From the NCBI GenBank assembly GCA_035221665.1, contig CM069137.1:75082001-75146000 (forward strand): a stretch of DNA of 64,000 nt, read 5' to 3'. Source of the DNA: Okamejei kenojei (Eukaryota). A model generated the notes under the pieces. The model was not told the DNA's origin and did no database searches. It saw nothing but the letters and a program-made list of their open reading frames with translations. Positions 38,465-48,530 of this stretch are shown one piece after another. The position numbers were made by a program, and so were the translations under genes. The number at the start of each line of letters is the position of its first letter. Position 1 is the first letter of the stretch.

Positions 38465-39020
38465 ATGTCGACCGGTAGCACCATACACAATTATTATGTT
38501 GATTCTTTGATAGGGCAGGAGACAGAGGACTTGTACGCAGCGAGGCGTGCACAAGGAGCCCACGGCACAGCTTCAAGGCCATCAGGTGTAACGGACAGCT
38601 CAGATTTTTCCTCCTGCAGTTTTACCCCCAAGTCAACCGTGTTTTCCACTCCCTGGTCACCCGTCCATCCACAATCCTCTGCCGCCGTTACAGGGATCTA
38701 CCATCCTTTCATGCATCCGTCGCACCTTGGAGCTGCAGATTCCAGATACCCTCGCTCATGGTTAGAACCTCTCTCCACTTCTGTCTCTTTCCCCGGATTT
38801 CATCCAACCGGCCGGCATTACGGAATCAAGCCAGAAACTCTAGCAGCCAAGAGAACTGAGTGCCCATCCTATGAGCTGCAAACTCTCAGCCTACCCGAAT
38901 TCACGTGCACTTCCTACCGAGAGGGCAGGGAGAAGCTTCCCAGGGAGATTGGATGCACCAGCTCCGAGACTACGAGCAGCAGTGAACACAAGGAAGAGAA
39001 CCCCCGGCAACTTGACCCAA
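38465..39020 (+). CDS. HOXD9: Homeobox protein Hox-D9, exon 1
   Basis: MSTGSTIHNYYVDSLIGQE...FSSCSFTPKSTVFSTPWSPVHPQ...RSWLEP...RHYGIKPE...QLDP is the Hox9 activation region; donor CCAA|gtaagt, phase 1. An in-frame ATG is also present at 38444. Confidence 0.94.
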
Positions 39021-39589
39021 GTAAGTGTACGAATTGCAGATTGATTTACAACCCCGAACCTGCAGACCCGAGTGTGCAAAGCTGATGGTTTTACAAACCT
39101 ATAAAAATGTCTAGACGCCTACCCAAGTCTGAAAAGCCACAGCTAGCAGTAAAAACTTTATATTGTTTACAGATAATTTTTGCACACAAATCTGCACGAG
39201 ACTATAAAACCTTATTTTGAAGTTGTTGCATTGCTACCCACTGAATTTGACAGGGGCTTTCCGAAATTCCAACTTCCGCCCTCATCCAAGTTAAACCAAT
39301 TGTGCGTTTTCACCACTCCTATCAAGGCGTTTGTGTTCAGTTTTGATATTAAGCCATGTCTAGGCATACTCAAAAGTACGGAAAGCAATTGCTCGCTCCA
39401 TTTCTCAATATATCTGTCCGGAACATGACAAATATTCACCGAGAAAAGAGTGCTGTAGGTTTCAGTGATACTATTGGGTTTGTGGGAGTCCTTGAAAAAG
39501 TCTGAAATCCTAAGCCTGAAAAAGTCTGAAGTCGCAAAGGTATTGAGAAGTTAACCCAAGTTTAATTATTCTTTATTCCTTACTTCCAG

Positions 39590-39831
39590 ATCATCCAGCA
39601 ATCAACTGGATCCACGCTCGCTCTAACAGGAAGAAGCGTTGCCCCTACACTAAATACCAGACGCTTGAATTGGAAAAGGAGTTTTTATTTAATATGTATC
39701 TTACCAGAGACCGCCGCTATGAAGTTGCTAGAATTTTAAATCTTACCGAGCGGCAAGTAAAAATTTGGTTTCAAAACAGAAGAATGAAAATGAAAAAGAT
39801 GAACAAGATGAAAAACAATGAAGAACCTTGA
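39590..39831 (+). CDS. HOXD9: Hox-D9, exon 2 (homeobox; missing from the ORF track)
   Basis: Acceptor ccttacttccag|AT; manual translation gives [79 protein letters not shown]. Confidence 0.96.
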
Positions 39832-42800
39832 TTTGCCAACTTCTTCGAAGTGAAAGATCTGAAAACCTCTACAGACTGTGTAAAAACTGTTCTGTCTATC
39901 TGGTGGTGCTTGGTCGATCGAAGCACGGTCTTTGTTGTACTGTTTCAGAACAATTCTGTGTTTAAACAACTGCCTTGCATCGAGTGACTGTTCCTGATTT
40001 GCTGCTATGGGTTACATTAAACTAAATTTAAACTGATGTCAGCACGTTAGTTGTATTACGTTAGAACTTTGACGACATAATACTGATCTACTTGTTTTAT
40101 ACAGGCAAACCACGCACATTTGAACATTCCGTTTGGATGTGCAACGTTTAAAATGCCGTGTATCTGCTGTATTGCTAGAAATAAAATGTTTAGAGATAAC
40201 TTTAGAGGGAAACGATACAGTGCCATTTATGCCGTTTTTATGCCAGTTCGCCGTGGAATGTAATGCAAACGTTGTACATCATTGTTAATTTCCGATGGAA
40301 TGAAACCATCACTGTGCTGATAAAGGCAATGTAATATTTATTTATAATATTTCAGGTTACCTTAGCAAAAGCTTCACGGTCACCCTGGAAAGCGATCTAG
40401 TCCTCGAGTAACTTTAAAAAAGGTGTCATTGAGCAAGAGACATTTTAACTATCGAAACACAAATAAATAGAAATTGTTTAAATTGTGTTAATTTCCCAGT
40501 GACTGGGGGACAGGGGCATCTTTTTTTGTGCGTTTGGGACAATCTGAAACATGTTTGGTTTAGCGACAAGAATTTGACCTGCTTTCATGGCGTCGATTTG
40601 AACACTCTTATAAAGAGCCAATTTCTCGGGCCACTACATAAGTCAAATCCATTGTAATGAATTAAGTCTGAGGATGGAAGAAATATAATTTTACCGTAGT
40701 TTCTGATTTACTCAAAATCCCCTACGCTATTTAATGGCCACGACAGATGTGATAATAAACATTATACTGTCCTGCAAAAGTCGAAATGCTATAAATAAAA
40801 GCGGTATGTTCCACTTATGCACGCTCCTCTGTACCTTACTTTTGGTTAATATGATTACAATAAAATGTTTATGAACATTTTAGGTTTGGCTGCCAGGGCA
40901 AAAAGCCGTTTATAAGGCGATAAACACTCTTCCGATGCAAACAACGGAACATTGTAGGAGGACCTACATAGTCCGTTAGTTTCACATAATACCTTGCCTC
41001 AGTTTTACATTGAAAACACCCAGTAATGTCGATTAGATTGTGTTATTAAGATGGCATAAATACGATTTACTTCCGATTATCTGACTAGCACTAATTTTAT
41101 GGAAATGCCCTGTTTGCTGGATTAAATTATACAGCCTGTTCTGAAACCTTGGATATTTTGCACGTGGCATTTAGAGATCACCAACCAACCGCATGCTGAT
41201 GCACTTTCTATAGATAATAGATAAAGTTGCTCATCGTTTTTAACCAATTCACCTTATATATTCCTTCGGTATATGAGCTAGTGCCCGTTTCCATGTTGGT
41301 GATCGACTCTTGAGTAGACATTTATCGACTGTTGATAGGTGTTCTATAATTTTTCCCTTCATGTTTGAGTAGACTGTTTAAAAAGTTTATATATTGTTCA
41401 TAACATAATATATATATATATATATATATTAAGCACCTGCAAAACAATGTAGCAGGATGGGATAATTAAAAATACAACCAACCGCGAAGTATTATTGGAA
41501 AGATGCTGAATAGGGATGAAATAATCAACCACAAAGCACACACAGATGTACAGCTATGTTTAATTTCACGTCGCTGTCGCAGTTCGATATCCCACTGGAA
41601 ACAATTGCGTGAATTTCTTCAATTAGAACCGTTCTCATTTTGCAGAAGCTCCCGGAAAACATGTCGTGTTCTGAAGGTGTTGAATTGCAACGCCATCTAT
41701 TGCCACGATTTTGCATACAGTACTTTAAAACAGGAAGGAACGGGATACGATAAACCCCACGGCTGGCTAGACGTCTTAATGTCTTTATGGTTTTCTTCGT
41801 GTAATTACGGTGTTCTTTGAAATCCCCCAATTCAATGTTTTTGTCTGTCGGCGACAAATAAAATGCAGACACTATTTAAAGAGACGAAAACAATGAATTC
41901 ACAAAAATCTGGACAAATTTGTAACTATTACCAACCATATATGCAAACATTCGCTGCAACATAGATTTACATACAAAATGCTTGTCGGTAGTCCAATTAA
42001 ATAAACATAAGGAGGAATCAGCAAGCTTCAACCACGGAAGGGCTTGTGAGAGAAAACAACAGGCAGACAGAGATACGTATTTCTACGCGCAACATGTTTT
42101 GTTATGTAAAATGCAAATACATTCGATTTGAATTTTAGTAGCAAATTGTTTAAACGACGAAGCAAAACAAAACTAAATACAACTAAGTTCCATCAGTTTG
42201 CTCTAACCTTCCATGATTTATTCCAAGTTACAACACCAGTTAAACATTCCTGACTTCACACACAAATGTTTACAGCAATTCACATATTCAGCGAATACTC
42301 TGATAACGGCAAACGGAACACAGCAGATGACGCTCTATCTTAGCCTGGAAAATAACATATTTGGACGTTTTCAGATTGCAATTGTTCCTAATAGGGCTCC
42401 CTTATGCCTCTCTGTTTATTTCTTGTCTGTGCAAACATGTGCAGTCACACACGATCTCTCTACACCCACCTTCTTGGGCCTTCTTCACCTCAACTTTCAA
42501 TTCTTGGACCGAAATAAATATTTGTTTCTTTAGAAAATAAGATATCTAGAAAACTGGCAGCCGTAACTTATATATTGGTTTTGAACCTCTGTATCAGTAA
42601 AATATACATAGCAGACGAAAACATTCTGACTAATAGCAACCGATTACATTTGCAAACAATCACCCAACTTTTTGAACTTCAATAGTTTCGTTGTTAATTC
42701 CTGAAAGTCGACGTTAACTAAACTAGAGCAGATGAAACCAGCAGTTTCAGTGTCAATTTTGCTTTATTTTACATGGAAATATTGTAATATCCGTTGGCAT

Positions 42801-42922
42801 TTACAGGAACGTTTTTTAATGTTTAATTTCTTCTTGAGCATTTTAATTGATTCTTATGTGATTCGACTAAAAATGAACAAAAATAGCACCGCGTTCGATT
42901 TAGTCGTAGTTTATACGATTGT

Positions 42923-42936
42923 CCACCGGGGGGCGC
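42923..42936 (+). promoter_or_regulatory. CTCF-like motif between HoxD9 and HoxD8
   Basis: CCACCGGGGGGCGC, one mismatch from the core consensus CCACCAGGGGGCGC, standing out in AT-rich DNA. Confidence 0.7.
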
Positions 42937-45594
42937 CGTCGCTCCATTATACCAAATTGTAGACTAGGGGTGAGAACGGAAAAAATATATAAAAAGAGGT
43001 TAAAAGGCAACTAGCCCATTTTTGTATGGAATTTTCTTTAATTTAGAATACAGCAAAAGCCGAACCCTGACTTTTGAGAGGATTTTCAAAATAAAAAAAT
43101 CGCATCACCATGTAAACTCTATAAAATAGTTGCGAATTAAACGCGTGTAAACATGCGCTCGCTTAACATTGAAAGGTCCAACTAATTTCATGGAAACGTA
43201 TTATTAATTAATTACATAGAAGAAGCTTTCTATATAAAAATATTTGTAAGAACAAAATGGACAGATTTTTCAGAACTAGGCACACCTGTTGTAAGCCGTA
43301 GTGGTTTCATTTTCTAACAAAAAACACCATATTTGTGTCTGCTCTTCTTGCCTTTGTTGGAATGATGTTCATTTGCCGAAATTCTAAAATGTGATCTCTT
43401 TGCAATGGGTCAAGGCTTATACTATAAACAAGGTCGGCGCGATAGATAAACCGGAGTAGGATTCGAGAGAAAGGATATATCGGGCTTTTTGTTCTTTCAC
43501 AATTTTAATAAAAGACTTTAGCAATAAAGAAAATTGTAACGTTTAAACCAGTGCTGCATTAGTACAATAAAAAAAGCACATCGTTCGAGCGACCTTGCTA
43601 ATAATTATAAATAACAATAGGTGCAGTTATTTTTGCAGTTTTATATGTTTATTTCAACCGTTAAAGAGTAAAACAAATTGAGCCAATTGCACGATATTTG
43701 TTTACTATTTGCTTGAGGGGAAATTTTACAATCCTCTCAATAAAATACTTCTTTCAAAAAATGCAGTCTGCTCCTGATGTTTCTGAAACAGTTTCAAGCA
43801 TTCGGAAGCAGATAGAGATTTTGAAAGTAAAATAGAATAAAACACATCACACTCACTGGTTGGCCGTGGCACGGGGTTTGCTGCGAGAACGATTCCCGGA
43901 ATAAACCAATTTCCAATTAAAATAATACCGAGGCCGCAAAAACAGGGAATAAAATCTTCAGATGAATCTTAAATTACAATCTCCGTTTGAAAGTTACTTT
44001 TCAATTAAAAGTATGTCCTTTTGTAAGATTTCCAATGAGACGTTTGCGGCTAATTACATTTTAAATATATACCGGGTGCTTTATCTTAAAAATGTATCCA
44101 GCAACATTGCATAATTACAAATAATTATATATTTCTTTCCATTTGTTTTCAGCTGATCTTTGAGAGAATTATTCGGTAAATCAGATATGTATTAATTTAT
44201 ATTTTTCGGATCTTTAACTTATGTCTTTTGATAAAATGGGTTTGCAATTGTTTTCAGAAGGCAAAAAAAAGGTAACACAGTTGAAATAAAACTTATTGTA
44301 CTCGTAGGCTTCCCATGTCTGTCAGGCCTAGTTTTTAAAACGTTAAAATGACTTGAATGGTTTGTAAAAAAAAAAAGAGCATTGGAAAAATAATCTTAAA
44401 TTGAAATTACCTTTCCAAATAAATGTGCTTAAACGAACCAAACATGCGATCATCCAAATATCTTGGCGAAAATCAGTAGCACGCACATATATATGTGCGG
44501 AACAAAATTAATATGCTGAATATTTTGTATTGCAAATTAACGTAAATATTCCATATTCTGGGAAGTGTTTTCTTGGATACTGGACTGTGGCGCTGACCGA
44601 TGTCCGCGGTCTAGAAAACATTTAAAATCGGGCAAATGATCCCGTTTATGCCCATTTCAATCTTTAAACGTGGTAGTGTTACATTAGGATTAAGGGGTAC
44701 ATCGTGTTTAAAACTGCGAATTGTCAGCTGCGTATTTATTTTATGCAAATAAATGAAAAAAAGTTCAGAAGAATATAGTTGCTGTGGTCCATTACATATT
44801 GGACTAAATTATTGGTTGTGCCCACTTTGAACGAACATACAGTGCATGCATCCAGGAAGAACTTGAATTCTTCGGGTTAGCAGTTACTGAAAACATTGCT
44901 GTTTTTATTTCCCCGCAGCAGTTTGTGGATTGAGACAAGCATCGGAGCGTGAGGAACAAAGTTCACTGGTGAATTCAAGTTTCACCAGATCAAGCACTCT
45001 TTTCCATTAAACTTTAAGCGCAGTCGCTTGAATTGGGGGAAAGGACAGGGGGGAGGGGGGGGGGGGGGAAGTGGGATTGGGGTTTATTTCTGGGCAACTC
45101 GTGAACCTGGGAATGGACGCCTCTAACCTAGCCTTGGTATTTCTCCCGGATTTTGCAGCTCTTGATGAAATTTCAACCACAGTCTGCAAACTTCGTGCTG
45201 CCCTGCAGACCCGAGCTGCTTTTCTCGCCAATGACGTCTGCCATGGGTGAAATGATGGAAATTGTATTCAGAAGCATGATTTTCATTAGCTAGTGATTAA
45301 CCTCCAAGTTTCAGTCAAGCGAGCATATTTTTTTTAAATCTGAGTCAAGGATAACTCTTTCCCCCGTTCTTAGTAGACTATTGTTTCAGAAAATATATTA
45401 ATGCTATTAGATAAAACAGTTTATTTTAAACAGGCATCGGATTTTGTGCATCTGCTTCCTATTTAGACCTAATAATGGGAATAATATTGCCAACTCACTT
45501 CAGTCTGTACGTAAATGGCAGGTATCCGTGCGCCAAAGTACCTATATAAATATAAGACACACGTTTATATACATATATATATTGATGGCTATTG

Positions 45595-45678
45595 ATATAT
45601 TATATATATATATATATATATAATATGTGTGTGTGCGCGCGTGTGTATATAATATGTGTGTGTGCATGTATGTGTGTG
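45595..45678. repeat. (TA)n/(TG)n microsatellite
   Basis: Seen directly. Confidence 0.85.
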
Positions 45679-46343
45679 AAGTTAAGAGACAGACAGTGAC
45701 AGGCGCAAGCAGATTTTACAAGCTTTACAGAAACATCCTAAACCAAATAATCCCTAATGTTAATTCTAACTTTAACCTTTTAGCCCTCGAGCCTCCCCCA
45801 TCCCCCATTCCCCCTTTTTGACTGTGTCTTGACCTTGAGACCGGTCTCACCTTGTTGTGTTCTGAAATCTAATTGCTGTGCTGTAACCGGGCCAGTTTCA
45901 TTTCTCTTCAGCTGAGTGGCGCACGTATTTCATGTTTTCTGTGATGCGGCCCGCCTAATTGTAATGAGAGGGTGCTGAATATATTAATCCGCATGTTATC
46001 TTTTTTTTCTCCCCCCCGATCAGTGTGCCCTCTACTTTCCTAAAAAAATATCATTTCTCAGCACAGACGTGTTGTCCGCGAAGGCAGTAACTGTAAACGG
46101 CAGTCTTAAGATCTCTTCAGCCGGCTTACAACTGATCTGCGGTTTCAAAGTGAAGCAGTCACAGCACCGAGGCAGTGGTGCACCTTCAGTATTAGCGAGT
46201 ATGTTGCACGGGGCATCAGTGCACACTGGACCTGCATTGCCATCATGAACAGTGTGTAGACCGAGCAAGTCAATAATACCACTCCAGAACTGCTTAAGCA
46301 TTTATTTTGTTTATATTCATTGGCCACTCTTGAGTCTGCACAG

Positions 46344-46770
46344 ATGAGTTCATATTTTGTAAATCCATTCTACTCCAAGTACAAGCCGGGAGAAGCCCTA
46401 AGTCCCACTTACTACGACTGCCGGTTTCCACAGGACGTGAGCAGCAGACACGCTGTGGTGTATGGTCCCAGCAGCGGAGCGAGCTTCCAGCACCCTGCTC
46501 AAGTTCAAGAATTTTACCATCATGGGACATCAGCGCTTCCTAATACTGGCTTTCAACAGAATCCTTGTGGAATTACGTGTCATGGTGACCCCTCTAAATT
46601 TTACGGATACGATAACTTACAAAGACAGCAAATTTTTACGACACAGCAAGAGGCCGATCTGGTACAATATCCTGACTGTAAATCGTCCAGCAGTAATATT
46701 GGCGAAGAACCAGAGCACTTAAATCAGGGCTCGTCTCCTACTCAAATGTTTCCCTGGATGAGACCTCAAG
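46344..46770 (+). CDS. HOXD8: Homeobox protein Hox-D8, exon 1
   Basis: [14 protein letters not shown]...PTYYDC...[38 protein letters not shown]...QMFPWMRPQ is D8-diagnostic and includes the FPWM hexapeptide; donor CAAG|gttgga, phase 1. Confidence 0.96.
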
Positions 46771-46996
46771 GTTGGATATATTAAAATTAGCTTCCATCTC
46801 ACGTTTTACTGCTCAGTTCTGCCGCCAAGGTGTTTCATGCTATCTGTACTAGTCAGCTTTAATAGGAACATTTTCTTTATGTAGCATTACCGTGCAAAGC
46901 GAAAATCGCTGCCTTTTTGGCTAGTCTTGTCGTTATTTGACCGTGCAAATTTGACTCAATCTTTTATTGTCTTTTTGTGTTTCTCGTGTCGTTTAG

Positions 46997-47292
46997 CAGC
47001 GCCTGGTAGACGCCGAGGGAGACAAACTTACAGCCGATTCCAAACTCTGGAGCTGGAGAAGGAATTCCTGTTCAATCCGTATCTGACTCGAAAGCGAAGG
47101 ATCGAGGTTTCTCATGCTCTGGGACTGACCGAGAGACAGGTGAAGATCTGGTTTCAAAACAGGAGAATGAAATGGAAAAAGGAAAACAACAAGGACAAAT
47201 TCCCAACCTCTCGGAACGACGAGGAGGGGGAAGAGGTCAAGAAAGAACAGGAAGAGCCCGAGCAGGACACATCAGAGAAAGAGACCAAGTAA
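46997..47292 (+). CDS. HOXD8: Hox-D8, exon 2 (homeobox)
   Basis: Tandem acceptor tttag|cag| (alternative start 47000); [69 protein letters not shown]. Confidence 0.96.
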
Positions 47293-47690
47293 CTTTACCC
47301 CTTTGGCCTCCGAGAAGAACGTCATTCAGTTTGTGCCAATTCCACTGTTATACGTGTTGATCAGATTGAATCCTCCCGCACATTGATGGTTAGTTTGGTG
47401 TGAACAGTCCACCAGATTTTTGAAGTTCTTTCGAGCCTTAATTCAACATTATTTCCAATGAGGTCTGTGTGCATCATTTTAACCTTTTCGAATACACCCT
47501 GACAGAAATATATATATAGTATCAACCGCCGTATAGAATTTTGCAACTCCCTTTAAAAGTGGAAGGTTGCAATATCCCAGAAGAAATAGCCATTCTGAAT
47601 AAAGATTTTATTGCTTTTTAATAGGAGGAAATATAAAATGAAATTGTGATTAATTTAGTTTGTTGATTTTATTTAGCATTTGTGATTACA

Positions 47691-47711
47691 CCCAACAACA
47701 TGAACTGCCTA
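47691..47711 (+). promoter_or_regulatory. miR-196 complementary site in the HoxD8 3'UTR
   Basis: CCCAACAACATGAACTGCCTA versus the reverse complement of miR-196a (CCCAACAACATGAAACTACCTA): one deletion and one G:U wobble. Confidence 0.9.
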
Positions 47712-48324
47712 ATAGAATGGATTATTTGGAATGTATTGCGAACACACTTAATTAATAATAGAAAAAAACAGTGCACTTGCGATGTGTCTTAATTACTGTG
47801 CGTGTAAACTAATTGGTGGTGTATTGCGGCTGGAAATTCTCAAAAATTACCTATTCTCCGAAATGCAGTTAATAAACATAAGCAAAAAAAAAAAAAACAC
47901 AAGGTATTCCGCAGCAATAGTCACTTTTTATGATGGTCGAATGTGATTAAATTAATAAATGTTGATTAAATTTAGCTGCGTACTTGTTTCATTTTACGAC
48001 CAGTGTCCCAAAGAAAAATAAAAGTAACGTGTGTTTCGGTAGAGAATCATTATGGGTTGATTGGGAATTAGGTCGCTGCAATTATTATTTAGCCAGCTTT
48101 TTGTGGCTGTTTTCAGTAGTTTCTGCAAGATTAAATCGAATATACTTTATTTTTGTTTACCTCTGCAGTCACGGGGTGCCCATCTGCCATACGGCACGGC
48201 AGATCTGATCGTTGGATGAAAAAGACTGGAGATGGTGTATTTTTACATGCAGTTATAAAAGTTAATGACAGGGTTGATGATTAGAATATTAGTTTATCTA
48301 TGCCCTAAGTTAAATAGTCTTCGG

Positions 48325-48530
48325 GTGGCCATTGGCCAGTCAGATCACATGCCTGACTCGTGTGTGGCTAAAACGACGCTGTAAAAGTTAGTGTTTTGTG
48401 TAAAGCTGCGGTCTACTGTACACGTATATCAGCAAATCTCGTAAAACCGACAATAAAATTCTAATACTACAAATCACTCGGCAAACTGAAGACTTCTAGG
48501 TTCCAATTTATTCTTTTCCGCTTTACAGGT
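48325..48530 (+). pseudogene. Relic promoter/5'UTR of the lost HoxD7
   Basis: ATTGG-N9-TCACATG, then ctcgtaaaaccgacaataaaattctaatactacaaatcactcggcaaa, which resembles the recalled Hox7 leader (ctcgtaaaaccgacactaaaac...ctacaaatcatccggccaaattATG). No ATG or ORF follows. Confidence 0.6.
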
